Shown: positions 33,811 to 47,343, numbered from the whole stretch's first letter. The stretch is 63,369 bases of DNA, filler included, from Rhabdomonas costata (GCA_019059605.1; 54 parts of 54 records of this genome joined end to end with filler, not necessarily neighbours in it), one strand, 5' to 3'. A program made the numbers and translations. The notes: generated by a model from the sequence alone, not told the origin.

Positions 33811-36449
33811 CTGAGAGGCAGAGTGGTGTCCTCAGTCAAGGTGACAACGATGCACATCAAGCCGGCAACGAAAGAAAGAGGTTCTCTCCTCACTCTCACC
33901 CTCTCACCCTCCAAGTGGGGTGTGTGTGAATGTGTAAATATGTGCTCTTTCTTTTCCTTCTTACACCTTCACACCAGAAANNNNNNNNNNNNNNNNNNNN
34001 NNNNNNNNNNNNNNNNNNNNNNNNTTAATTAATTAANNNNNNNNNNNNNNNNNNNNNNNNNNNNNNNNNNNNNNNNNNNNAGCCTTTTTAATGCCCTCAC
34101 TGGGATGTAACAAGCTGTGAGGGAGATCAACCGCTGTTTTATATACTGCCCTGTTTTAGTGATTGTGAGACCACCAAGGGCCGTTTGCCCTGGCCCCATT
34201 CGCGCAGGAAAGGGACAGTGGGGCTTGAAGTAGATATGTATACGTTGCGGATGCTGTGGTTAAACCGCTTGCGCAAGAAGCGGCTCAGGGCAGCCCAGGA
34301 TTGCACGCAACGTGTCGGAAGGTCTGCGGTATACAAAAAGAGCCCGGCTTAGGGCTTCCGCTTGTCAGATAAGTGCCTCACTTTCGTTTTAATTCCACGT
34401 AGGAGTTGTCCCACGCAAATGTTTCAATGGGCGAATGTCAAAAGTGTAGTGTGGAGATCAGGTGAGTTCACGTTCACGTTCACGTTGCCACACTCGTTGA
34501 TCAGGATGAGTGCCCGCTGCACTTTGACACCGACCGCCTTCTGGAGGTCGACACCGACCCCCGGCGCCCACAGCAGAGGCTGAGTTGGACGTTTCCAACA
34601 AATTATGAAGTCTCGTTCATCGCGCAGCCTGACCCCCCGCAGGAGGAGGATGGAGGTCCTCCCCATGCCTGTGTTTTTGTCTCTGGGCCTGGAACACCGA
34701 CTCACCACAAAGCCAGTTGATTTTGTTTATTTTCGTATTTAGTATTCCCATGATAAGCCATCCGAAAACGCTTCCCGTAAGCCCACGTGGCCAGCTTGTG
34801 GTCACCAACAGCCAGTCAGGCACCCAACACGCGGACGCAGGTCCCCTGGGTGGTCATCTCTGAGCTTAGACGATTTGCCGTTGCCTGCTTTGGTGTTCGT
34901 GCGATTCCTTTGACTCTTCGCTGCCAGGGTTTGGGTTGAAATGGCACGGGACATTTCTTGTTATACTATTTTTCGTGCTTTGCGAAGCGCCGCTTCTTTT
35001 TTTTCTTCCCTTCTTTCATCCCTTCCCTTTCTTTCTATTGCAGTTCACGCCTTTGATTCTGTTGATAGTTCCGCTGCTCTTCCGTTTTTATGCCGCTGCA
35101 AATCTCTTCTTTCCTTTCATCCAAACTGTTAACATTGTTGTGGACTTGCTGCGCGNNNNNNNNNNNNNNNNNNNNNNNNNNNNNNNNNNNNNNNNNNNNT
35201 TAATTAATTAANNNNNNNNNNNNNNNNNNNNNNNNNNNNNNNNNNNNNNNNNNNNGTGGTGGGTGTGTTTGGTTTGGTTGTTCCACGTTCTTGGCTGGTG
35301 CCATTGGGAGAAAGTTGGAGTGAATTGCGGGTCGAGGAATGTACCGCTTTTGGCTTTTCCATCGCCTTCCACACAGTCCCCCTTCTGATGCTCAAAGCAG
35401 GCTAAGGAACTTGCTTTCCCGATGACATGGTGTCTTAATATCCCTTTGCTACGTTCGCTAACATTCAGCACGCCAACTTTTCCTGTCAAAGATGAGGTCA
35501 CCACGCCTTGTCGGAAATCGGTGCACTTCCAACCCACGTCCCAACCTCAACCAACCACGACTTGGGAGGAGGAGGAGGAGGGCTGCGCCACCCTCGCTCC
35601 AGCTAAGGTTTTGAAGGGGGAGAGGCAATTCCCAGAGAGGCCATCCCAGTCCCTTATTTTGCTGCGCTTGCGTGTGCCCAAATTCCCAAATTCCGACATG
35701 TGTTATCGCAGTAAATTTAAACTGTCATCGTATAACGTTAGGCTTAAAAAAAACTCCACCATCTGAGATCTTTATGGCTGCAGGCCAGAAAAGGTTTGTT
35801 GGATTGGAATACGTTTTTTCTTCAGGATTTTTAGAATTTCCTCACGCTTTTGCGCTTGGGCTGCATCAAGTTGGTGAACGATTACGTAAACCCGTTTGAG
35901 CAGAAAAAGGAAAGAAGAGACAAGTTTTCCCAACAAGGACACACCCGCATTTTGCTTTCAGATCTTTTTCGGGCTTTTTTCCAGCTTCTTTTGTTTTCAT
36001 CAAATGAGTCGGAAACGTGCTTCGCTACAGGCAGTGTTGTCGTTGCTTCACGAGCAGCAGGATGTCGAGGTATGTATTATGTATTGCAGCCTTTCTGTTG
36101 GAAGAAATTTGCTTGTTCATGCGTTTTGGGTGCCGTCGATATACCACCGGTGCAGCGTAATGCGAAGAAGCTCCGCCATTTGTGCGTGGTTCTGCACCAA
36201 ACTTGCCCGAGGACGCCGGAAAACACGCGGAGGAAATGGAAGGGAGGGAGGGTGAAAGTACCGGTCACACAGTGTTTCGGGAAGCCGGTTATTGATAGAC
36301 TCCAATCAGTTTCGGTTTCGCCCACACAACCNNNNNNNNNNNNNNNNNNNNNNNNNNNNNNNNNNNNNNNNNNNNTTAATTAATTAANNNNNNNNNNNNN
36401 NNNNNNNNNNNNNNNNNNNNNNNNNNNNNNNACCAATAATTTACGCACA

Positions 36450-37500
36450 TTTTTCCAGCGTCAGTTTCCGGAGGGTTACCCCATTCGAGGAGGACGGACC
36501 ACAGGATTGATTTGAAGCCGGACAGTAAGGTACCAGCCAAGATGCTGTACCGAATGTCCCAGGCGGAAGATGAAGAATTGCTGAAGCAACTGAAGAGTAT
36601 CAAGGAGCCTGGTTTTGTAGAGCAAGCAACCTCGCCTTATGGTGCAGTGGTGCTGTTCGTTACAAAGGCCAACGGTAAGTTGCGGGTGTGTGTGAATTAC
36701 ATACCGTTGAATGCGATCACTGTTACATATGCTTACCTTTTAACCGAATTGAAGAAATGAATGATCACGCTGGAAAGGCGGAGTAGTTTTCCAAACTAGA
36801 TTTGCATGCGTGATTTTATCAGATCCGCATTCATCCAGAGCATGTTGAGAGGATGGTATTCAAGACGGCATTCTTTCCAATTCAGAATCGTGCCCTTTGG
36901 GTTGTGCAATGCCACAGCCACGTTGTAGAGAACCATGGACTTCGTTCTTGAGGTTCTGCGAGAGACTAGAGGTGCGTACGCGGACGACATTCTCCTCCAT
37001 ACGGATACACTGGAAGCCCATGTAGAAGCTTTGCGTGTGTTGTACCAGAGGTTGGATAAATGAAGCTTTTGAAAATCCAGAGAAGTGTATGGTTGCACAT
37101 CCAGAAGTCGAGTATTGTGGATTTATTGTTGTTAGACCAAGCCAAGGAAGTTCATGGCCGTGTATAAATGGCCGCAGTTGCGTAACCCTACAGAGGTGAA
37201 GAGTTTTTATTGGGTTGTGTGGGTTTTACCAGAGATTCGTGGAAGATTACACCACATTAGCAACACCATTGACGGATATAATGAAGAAGAACAAGTGGGT
37301 TTGGAGTAAACCGCATGATACGGCGTTTCAGAGGTTAAAATCCAGACTGTCGAAAACTCCAGTCTTGGTAGTGCCAGATTTTAAGAAACCATGGTGCTTC
37401 ACACGGATGCTTCAGAGTTGGGGATTGGAGCCGCGCTTTTGCAGCAAGTGGAAAATGTCAAGTTGCATTTGGTGGAGTGTCGTTCCAGAAAGCTGTCCAC
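36450..37500 (+). mobile_element. Degenerate Ty3/Gypsy pol (reverse transcriptase to RNase H)
   Basis: DHRIDLKP...YRMS...SPYGAVVLFVTKANGKLRVCVNY, VPFGLCNA, AYADDIL, GFYQRFV, TDAS; many stops and frameshifts. Confidence 0.95.
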
Positions 37501-38802
37501 CACACAANNNNNNNNNNNNNNNNNNNNNNNNNNNNNNNNNNNNNNNNNNNNTTAATTAATTAANNNNNNNNNNNNNNNNNNNNNNNNNNNNNNNNNNNNN
37601 NNNNNNNGGTGTATTGGGGCAGAAGTTGAAGCTCAGCCATTTGTGAGCCAGCTCCTGGCCAGGCCATGTTCAAGCTTTATATCAATCATCTGGGCAATAA
37701 AGCAAGCAAAGCATGGCCAGGTGAGATGGAAGACCAGCAGAGAGACATTGGGGAAGACCACAGGCGAGGCAGAAAGCAGAAGACAAGCTTTTGATGCTTT
37801 GCCCTGTGTATTTTTACCATTGAAATAAGAATTTGTGAAGAAGCTACTCTTATCGATCTACTTCCACGGCGAGAACTCGGTACTGCGCCCGGTGTCACAA
37901 ATCAACAGCTGAGATAGAGCCCACCCTCCTGGTGAGCGGTGTGAGAGTGTGCGTGGGTGTGTGTGGGTGAGGTGTTAGTATGGTGGTTTGAGAGATGAGA
38001 ATCCACAGCGTGCGTGAATTGTTTGAAGAGCTCTGACTGAGCTACTGAGTGCTTTCGAGTTCTTTGAGAGGATTGACTGAGTGCTGAAGTACTTCCAGTG
38101 TTGTTCAGTTCAGAGAATGTCTTCAGGTGGACCGTTCGGGTTATCGGCCGTCGGCAGTCTGCTGGAGACGTTCTCCGTCCTAGCAGTTTAGAGTGTAACA
38201 GTACAGATCACCCAGGTGTTCCATATCAAGATGCGGAGAAGAAAAGTCACGTGCGTGAGACACACACATTTTCCAGAGGTTTCCAGAGTGCTGTTTTGCC
38301 AAGGGTCAGCTGTGGCAGAAGTTGAAGCTCAGCCATTCGTGAGCCAGCTCCTGGCCAGGCCATGGGTCGAGAGGAGGAACTTCTTCCCCTCCTTTTATTT
38401 CTTACGCGAGTTGTTACTTGATCCTGGAAGGGAAAGCAAAGGTACAAACACACAGGACAAAGCATAAAACTCTCGTCGCCTACCCACTCCACTTGCCAAC
38501 TTGTGTACAAACCAATGAAGCTCTTTTACAACCACGTAGTAAAACACCGTGGCCCACCGCGGCCTTGGTCGAAGATTTCCTGTGGATTGTAAATACAATC
38601 TACCACTCCACATCCTGCATCTGATTGTCAGCTCTTTCAACAACTGATACCAGAGCAAAGCATCCGAGATAGTTCTCAAAAAANNNNNNNNNNNNNNNNN
38701 NNNNNNNNNNNNNNNNNNNNNNNNNNNTTAATTAATTAANNNNNNNNNNNNNNNNNNNNNNNNNNNNNNNNNNNNNNNNNNNNTGGGGAGGGAAAGGGCC
38801 AC

Positions 38803-39786
38803 CTCTTTCAAGAAGTCATCGAAGGCCTGTAGGCCGACGTTCGTGCAGGCGACAAAGGAGATCGCAGAGCTGCCGGGCGGCCGTACCCCGTTGATTGCAG
38901 GCACCACCAGATTCACCCCAAACGTGTTCACCGTGAAGTACATCGGCCCAAAGAAGACCTCTGCGGTGGGGTTCTGAACCGCCGCCACGTACCACGCCTA
39001 AGAGCACGACCAGCGGCGGAAACCAGCACCATACGACCAAAGGACAAACCAGGACAAGAGCATCCTCATCATAGAAGTGCTCAAAACTTGGCAAAGTCTG
39101 GGAGACCAGACCACAGCACTTCTTGGTCGCCCTTTGGAGCATCCGCACTTACTGTTAGATGGGTTCATAGAGCAACAATGTGAGGGGCTTATCAGAGGCA
39201 AAACTACACAACGGAACAGTGCTTACGGAATCTTGGAGTGTTGCTGCCTCGCTCTCGTTGATGTTGCACTCTCTCTGGTGGTGCTTTCTTCGAATTCCAA
39301 CTTTGGTTTTTGACGGGTGCTGTCCCCATTTTCGGCTTTTGGCCTATCCTCCTTCTCCTGGGGTTGGAATTGGTTACCTCTTATTTCGCGTCATCCTAAG
39401 CCCCGAGAGGCGGGGGGACTGATTATCGAGTGTACAGTGCAGTCGGTTTTTTTTGTCTTTCGCAGGGCGTGTGTTTTTTTTAGGCGAGGGGGAGATGGCA
39501 CGCCGCACCCGGGCAGTCGCGTTGTAGCGGCCTCCGCTGAGGGTCATGTTGCCCAGTCCCGCCAGCCAGTCTGCGCCCCAGCTGCTGCCGGCCACCATGG
39601 GGATCCCCCCGATGCGGTACCCCGTGAGGTTGTTGCTGATCTGCCAGTTCAGGGCGTTGTTGGCGGCGTTGCGGTGGATTCCCAGCACCTCGCCGGTGCT
39701 GAAGCCCACGAAGTAGTCATTGGCAACCGAGATCATGGGAATCCCCAGAAATTCCTGCTTGCGAAGCTCCACCGAGAGCACATCAC
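38803..39786 (-). CDS. Cache-like extracellular sensor domain of a receptor, exons 39786-39509 and 38997-38803
   Basis: YFVGFSTGEVLG...YNATAR|AWYVAA...FGPMYF resembles the YDPRxRxWY Cache motif; in-frame GT-AG intron. Confidence 0.65.
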
Positions 39787-40771
39787 CTGTCCCCCCCCCC
39801 CTCACGCAGAAGCCGTCTGCCCTGCACCTTAGGGGTTTACGATGCTCGTCTGCACAACCNNNNNNNNNNNNNNNNNNNNNNNNNNNNNNNNNNNNNNNNN
39901 NNNTTAATTAATTAANNNNNNNNNNNNNNNNNNNNNNNNNNNNNNNNNNNNNNNNNNNNACCTTTTCCGTAAGATGTCTCCAGTGTCGTCATAGCTGTGT
40001 CAGAAGCACTCTGTGTTTGGTGGACGGCTCTTTCTTGCATTTATCAATATGAAAGAGAGAGATGAGAGAGAGACAAAGAGCTGAGGTTGTGGTGTGAAAG
40101 CTTGAAATATTTTCGCGGCAGTTAACCTGAACGGTGCGGGGTGGGGCTCATCCAGGCACACCGTCCGAACGCCCGTCGACGGCCAGGAAGGCACCTCCAC
40201 AAGTCAAGTCAAACGTTGTAGAGACCGAGCCCGCGTATGCCTCCAGCCCCTCGCTCCTCTGTGTTGGGCGCCCTTAGTGACCTTGCCTCGTCCGGAACGG
40301 CTTGCTTTCCTTTTGGCCTAGAGGGCAAGCCACACTCGAACTCGAGTTCATACATGCGGTTTTTTTAAGCGGAATTTGGTACGTTAGTTGTTCTGCAGCA
40401 GAGCACAGAAGCATGCGATTCACAAGAAACAAAAAACACGCGAGTGGAAAGGGAAGGGATCGCGTTGGAACTCGAAGAAGATGCGAACACGTGGAACAAG
40501 CAAGGAAGCAAGCAAACCAAAACCCATCAACCAACCTGCGAACTCACTAACAGGCTGTCGTTTACCATGAGAGATGGGGGGGAGGTCGATATACAAAAAG
40601 GGAACAATAAATTACAGTGGAACGAGGCAAAGTAAATGGATCAAGGTAAGGAGACCAACTCAGAAGCGGTGACAAACACGACAGCAAACAAAAAATTCAA
40701 TGGCTCAAAATGGGGGCAAATTTAGAACGTGGTGGGGGTCATGAGGGCTGAGCGGTGCTCTTAAAATGCAG

Positions 40772-40901
40772 CCCTGTGGCGAAGGACAGCAAGTCTGCTC
40801 CAGTGCCTTCTGGGGTGATTCTGGACCGCCGCAAGACGGACAAGGCGGAAAAGGAGAGCGACAGTGAAGACGAGGGCCCACCTCCGTTCGCCGATGCTGA
40901 G
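40772..40901 (+). CDS. Exon of an unknown protein with an acidic low-complexity segment
   Basis: AG/GT-bounded PVAKDSKSAP...KESDSEDEGPPPFADAE. Confidence 0.5.
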
Positions 40902-41240
40902 GTGCGCTGTTGTTGTTGTTTTCATCCTTTTTTCTATGGGGTTGCTGCCTTTCTCAAATCCGCGCATTGGGGTTGAAACACCTCCCCCCCTCTTCCCCTC
41001 TTCAATCTAGATCGACCCTGTTTTCCCCAACACAANNNNNNNNNNNNNNNNNNNNNNNNNNNNNNNNNNNNNNNNNNNNTTAATTAATTAANNNNNNNNN
41101 NNNNNNNNNNNNNNNNNNNNNNNNNNNNNNNNNNNTGTTGGGTTGCACCAGTGGTAGAATCTGATTCCCGTGTGGTTGTGGGGGTGACGGGGTTTACCGT
41201 GGTGGGTCATTGGACACATTTTTGCTCACTGGGCCTCCAG

Positions 41241-41973
41241 GAGAGAGAAATGAAGGAGAAGGGCGACGAAAGTGAGCTGCACCTGATCATTTTCGACGAG
41301 ATTGACGCCATCTGCAAGTCCCGTGGCAGCACCCGGTGCGGAATATGCATGCCTGGGCACTTTGCTAAAAGATGGTTGAAGGTTTTTTCCTGCCTACCTG
41401 CCGACCTGCCGCTTTCCCTGCATGAGAAGAATTCAGTGGGTTGATCTCGGTTTAATATCGGTGTTGCAGTTGATGAAGCCGCAGTGTTAGCGGTTCTGAG
41501 CTTCGAGTTCAAACACAAAATTACATAGTGCCTTTTCCTACCTTTGTATTGCTCTCACTTTGGAGCTTAGCGCCCGTAACGCGCATGCCATGCCTATAGG
41601 GATGGCACAGGAGTCTCGGACAGTGTGGTGAATCAGCTTCTGTCCAAGATCGACGGAGTGGAGGCCTTGAACAACGTGCTGCTGATTGGGATGACCAACC
41701 GCAAGGACCTCCTGGACGAGGCCCTGCTGAGGCCGGGCCGCTTCGAGGTTCTGATCGAGATTGGTCTTCCGGACGAGGAGGTTTGTGTTTGCGTGCTGTG
41801 GGTGAGTGTTTTTTCATATGTGACTGTGATGTTATGCCTTTCCTTGGCGCGCTGTGATCCTATGAACACTGATATTCGTCAGGTCAAGGATCAGGATTAT
41901 GTCTTTTCTCTTTGCTTTTTACTTTCACTCTTTGACACTGCTTGGCTGGTTTCAGGGCAGGCTGCAGATCTTC
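41241..41973 (+). CDS. NSF: N-ethylmaleimide-sensitive factor (Sec18) D1 AAA domain, exons 41241-41335, 41600-41780, 41956-(chimeric)
   Basis: [72 protein letters not shown]...PDEE|GRLQIF. Confidence 0.96.
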
Positions 41974-42467
41974 CAGATCGACGTCGGGCTCCAGGTGACC
42001 TGTTTCGCGGATCTTCATTGTGTGAATCTTGAAGATCTGCAGCCTGCCCTGAAACCAGCCAAGCAGTGTCAAAGAGTGAAAGAAAAAAGTGTGTGAGTCA
42101 CTGGAAAAAATAGGGAAGTCAGCGAAAGTAAAAAGCAAAGAGAAAAGACATAATCCTGATCCTTGACCTGACGAATATCAGTGTTCATAGGATCACAGCG
42201 CGCCAAACAAANNNNNNNNNNNNNNNNNNNNNNNNNNNNNNNNNNNNNNNNNNNNTTAATTAATTAANNNNNNNNNNNNNNNNNNNNNNNNNNNNNNNNN
42301 NNNNNNNNNNNTTTTCATGAGAGTTTGCAGTCGACAAGACACAGTTCATACATGCAGTGCGCGATTTCTCTTGCTATATATGGGCATCTGAAAACTCTCA
42401 TGAAAACCATCACACGTAGGGCGCTGTCCTGGGAGCGGCTTTGATGCAGGGAAAAAAAATCAGGGAA

Positions 42468-42651
42468 TCAGCCTCCGACTGGGATAAGCTCCGGGGCTGG
42501 GGTTCTGTCAGTGGGCCGGCATGCGAGTGCCAACCCAGCGGGATCGTGAAAGTCGGGCTCTGGGCCGAAATAGGAATCGCTCGGGGCTTCCATACCGGGC
42601 CCCGGAATCGGGCCTCGGGGGTACCCACCACACACACACAACCCGGGTGCG
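42468..42651. repeat. Dispersed repeat family, copy A
   Basis: Collinear similarity to 47062-47260 (TCAGCCTCCGACTGGG...GCGAGTGCC..CCCAGCGGG.TCGTG.AAGTCGG.CTCTGGGCC.AAATA...CGGGTGCG). Confidence 0.8.
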
Positions 42652-43171
42652 ATAGATTGAAAATGCAGCGGAGTTATGCACCCCTATATTCATGTATTAG
42701 CCCGAACTAGGCTGGGGGTCATAGGTCCACAGAGGTCCTGTATAGAGGGTGCTTCAAATCGCCCATCTTGCCTAGATTTCGGCCCAAACACCAATCGCAA
42801 CGAATGCAACGCAGACATACGTTTCTATATTTAACTTCGGTTGCCGGTAGGAGCCTCCGTCAGCCGTTCGGTATATCGGTCTTCGCCGCCTACCTTTGGA
42901 GACTGTTGATGCAAGATACCCTGCAGGTAGCGATTCCTGTCGCGCTTATAAACGTCGTTCTTGGTGTGGCAACCGGCCACTGGTTCAAACGTTCCGACTG
43001 GTGGGTGTCCGCCTCCGCCTTTGGTTGTTCACCGTTTGTATATGCCTTGCCGCTTTGGTTCCGCTGACGGAATGAGAACGCTGTTAAAATTGTATATGGC
43101 TTTGCTCGCTGCCCACTGATAGTGCATTAAGTTTTTCAGTGGCCTTGTTTTTTTTGTGCTTGATTTCTCAG

Positions 43172-43387
43172 TGTGCGACATCTTGCTGACCGGAGCGGCC
43201 TCTGCCTACACCGGGGTTTATAAGGTCGTCGGCTTCTACCAGGCTCGCACCTACTACTACAACAGCGCAGTGCTGATGTACCTGTACTATCTGCCCGGCC
43301 AGGGGTGGTCAGTGAACCCCAACCTTGGGGGCACGACGTTCTTCCACAACACACAGAACGTGGCGACGCCCAACCTGCCCACAACAC
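43172..43387 (+). CDS. Exon of an unknown Tyr-rich, probably secreted protein
   Basis: CDILLTGAASAYTGVYKVVGFYQARTYYYNSAVLMYLYY...; GC3-rich, follows a polypyrimidine tract and cag. Confidence 0.6.
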
Positions 43388-46300
43388 NNNNNNNNNNNNN
43401 NNNNNNNNNNNNNNNNNNNNNNNNNNNNNNNTTAATTAATTAANNNNNNNNNNNNNNNNNNNNNNNNNNNNNNNNNNNNNNNNNNNNGGGGTTTGGGAGC
43501 GAGACCATGTTCCTTCTGGTGCTGACTCAAGCAAACACAAAAAAAAATACGCAACACAAGAAGGAACATGGTCTCGCTCCCTTACGCCTTCACTCAGTGA
43601 CCTCTCTGTGGGTGTAGGGTGAAGTTCCCGGGTTAGCGGCCTGCCGGCGCCGGCGCGCAGCATCCGATGAACCGCAGGAAGTACGACGAGCCCTTCCACT
43701 TGGCGCCGCAATGCGTGCACAGGTAGTGGCTTAGTCCCTGTGCCAAGAAGAAGGATATCACCATTGTGTTTGAGGAAAGAGAGTTTGCAGATCATAAAAC
43801 CATTTCGAAAACAAAAAGCGAGTCGAATCGACGTTACCCTGTCCACCAGGCACGGGCAGGAGTTCGAACGCACACACAACTATTTGGTAGCGCGTACAGA
43901 GCGGTACAGAGCAGAGGACACACACTTGGTGCACTTGGCAAGGATGAGTTTTTTCTGATGAGGACTCGAGGTCCAATTCCCCCCTTGTCAGCCCATGGTA
44001 CCTTGTCCCGCTGTCTTGTCACGTAGGGTTGGTTTACCCCATGTGACCCCCGAACCACAGTGTACGCGGGGCCTTGGGAACCCCGATTGGGGCGTTTAGA
44101 AATCTCTTTGAGGGTACCCAACCTTCCGCGCTCGTACACTTCCCTTTGGGCGCTATTGCCCTTCTGGGTTTGGATCCTCTATCTCCGGGCTTAGACCCGC
44201 TTTCCTGGTGGCTGGTGGACAGGCATGGTAACCTTACTCTGTCCCTGATGCCATCTGTACCTCGCTTCTCTCCACTCTCTTGGGTCCTCACTTCCATTCT
44301 CTCTGCGCTGAGCTCCGCACTGCTACCGTCTCCCACTGCGTGCTGAAGAGTCTCAGGCCAGGGGTCAGCTCCACGGCTGCAGAGTCTCCTGTGACATGCG
44401 CTACCTCGACCTCCCACATTTTTCCTGGCTGCGCCACAAGTTGGCAACCCAGGTAATTTGATTTTCAATGCGTAGACCTGGTAGGATTACCCAGCATGCT
44501 CCTGGCTTGTTGGGGCCTGAGCTTATATTAAGATCTTCCCTGGCTTTTCTTATAGCTGCGTCTTNNNNNNNNNNNNNNNNNNNNNNNNNNNNNNNNNNNN
44601 NNNNNNNNTTAATTAATTAANNNNNNNNNNNNNNNNNNNNNNNNNNNNNNNNNNNNNNNNNNNNGTTTTGGGTGTATGGACCAAACTTCGAAGCAGAAAT
44701 GAATTGACAATCCATTATTAATAATGTTATAAATCTTTTTGATTTGACTTTTGGGGCTTTGCTTGGAAAATCTAAATCGCGCTTCCGCTGTACAATGCTT
44801 GCGGCTGCTGCGGAAGTCAGACAGCCTGCCGGTCGTTTCACCCCTGGCCGGTCTGCATTGATTTTCTGGTTTTTTCATTATAAATTAATTTTATAAATAA
44901 AATCCATTATTTCCACCATTATTTTTTCTAACAAAGATGAAAGGGATTCGTGTCTTGTTTTTTTGAAAACAGAACAACACCCCCCCTTCCTGCTCTTTCC
45001 TGCCTCACGCATTTTCCCCACCGCGTAGTGAACACACCACAGGTACAGTTGTGTGTACTTTTTGTTGGTGACAAAGTTTCCGCTAATTACGCAAATTATT
45101 GCCTTTTCGTTTCCTACAAACTGTGACAATGCTCTCAAGGTTCGGATGACACCAAGGAATGGGATTGGTCCTGAGAAAATTCGGGAACATACAAAAGACC
45201 CCAGGTCTGCTTCGGCTTAGTCCTCCTTTTGGAAACTGCACAAAAATCCGGAACATCCATCAATAATTCGAACCATTAACTTTTAGGGTATTCCTTTACC
45301 TTTACGTACCCGTCTTTCAGCACCTCAAAAGTGTCAGACGCGGGTCTTATAACCAGGAGCGTGCTCATTTCATGTAAAGGCAAAACCACAAAACCCATTC
45401 ATTCGCCCCAAGCCCCAAAAAACAGTTCACAAGCGGAGCATCAAACATCAAGCAACAATTCGTCAAACCACACGATCGCGAGCCGAGGGTGACACAACCA
45501 CTGCTGAGAGCAAATGACACTGAGCCGGTGCCAGAAGAGGCTTATGAAGGAAGATTGAAGGAAGATGGGATAAAGCCCGCATGCCCGACTCAAGAGCTTT
45601 GAAAGAGACACAGCGTTATCCCCGCCGATCCTTTTTTTGAGCCCTTGAAACTGATGGAAAGAAAGACGCACCCTCCCTCCTCCTAAAAAAACCAAAAAGA
45701 CAAAAAATACATGGGTTGTTGGATTGACAACCAACCACNNNNNNNNNNNNNNNNNNNNNNNNNNNNNNNNNNNNNNNNNNNNTTAATTAATTAANNNNNN
45801 NNNNNNNNNNNNNNNNNNNNNNNNNNNNNNNNNNNNNNGTGTGGTACCTCCGGTTGATCACATCCTGAAGGTGCAGGGGAATCCTAACACGGTGTGTGCG
45901 TATGCGTGTCTTTCTTCTGGCTTTCCTTTTTGGGACTGCTGTATTCCTAAGCTGAAACCGCGCTTTGCAACTTCTGGGGATTTTGTGGTTTGTGGTTTCT
46001 CTGAACGCAAAATGGCAGTCATTCGTATGTGTGCGTGTCTATGTTTCTTTGTTTGTGTATCAGTTGAGCGCGTGGTGCGCTGACTGTTGCCTTATTTAGC
46101 TGCCGGGGACCGCTGTGGACTGAGGGGGCCACACGAGATAGGACACACTGGTGCTGTGTGGGGGAGTATTTTTACGGCGCTGTGGGGTACCGGCTCACCA
46201 CCGCCCCGAACGTTTCACGCGAGGTAAACCTCCCTTCTGGTCCACAGGTCCCGGGCCTCAGTTCCACCGCAACCCTTTTTTCAGTGGCTACCTGCGCAGC

Positions 46301-47061
46301 TGTAGTGCGGTTCAGGCCTCTGAGGCTCCGTCCTCCTTTTTGGGGTGTGGCTGGGGCCAACAACACAGATGGACTACGGACACAGGCCAATCTCCCTGCT
46401 CGTTTTCCCCCGCTGTTTTGGTCAGCCCATGGCTCCAGTCTCCCGACTGTTGAGCTGGCCATTATGGGGCTTATGGTCCACGCGCTTGTTGATGATCCCT
46501 TGGTGAGCCCTCCCCACTCCCTAAGCCGCGTGCCTGAGAGAGAGAGAGGGGCTGTGATCAGCTGGCTAATTCTTTGTGCGGTGTACTCCCATTCCGAGGA
46601 GTCGGACTGTGACTCCACTCCTCAACAGAGGGCGTGCTGACCTGCCTGCGTCTCCTGCCTCTTGCCCGTGTATGGTTGCTTTCACGAGCCATGTTCAGCG
46701 TTCTCGCGAAATTGCTCTTGAACCTTTGATCGCAGCCTGCACCTTTCCCTCGTCTTGGGCGTTCTGTGGCTCGGTGTTGTTGTGGGTCGGTCGCGAGGGT
46801 TGGGCGCGGGGGTTGGAACGGGGGGTGTATGGGTTTATCCATCGATGTTTTATCGATCTCTGCCTGGTGCCTCTCTCACTCTGTCACTTTTATATGTTCT
46901 AGTCAGGGCAAACANNNNNNNNNNNNNNNNNNNNNNNNNNNNNNNNNNNNNNNNNNNNTTAATTAATTAANNNNNNNNNNNNNNNNNNNNNNNNNNNNNN
47001 NNNNNNNNNNNNNNGCAGCTCTGGTGGAGTCCCCGAAAAAGAAACGGGGATAGTGGGCGCT

Positions 47062-47260
47062 TCAGCCTCCGACTGGGCTAAGAGGAGCTCCTTGCTCGGG
47101 GTTGGGGTCACGGCAGCGTGCTGACGTAGCGAGTGCCGTCCCAGCGGGCTCGTGCAAGTCGGACTCTGGGCCCAAATACCAACCCGGTCGCCTACCTGAA
47201 CACCGAGCACTGATGCCATGCACACCACGATAACACACACGCACACAGTGGTCGGGTGCG
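47062..47260. repeat. Dispersed repeat family, copy B (in the Arp intron)
   Basis: Similarity to 42468-42651. Confidence 0.8.
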
Positions 47261-47343
47261 GTGCGGCGCACCCGTCAATGCCTTGTGCTTACCCTCTTGT
47301 GGTGCTTGTGTTTATCAATGTGTGCATGTGCATTTTGGCGCAG

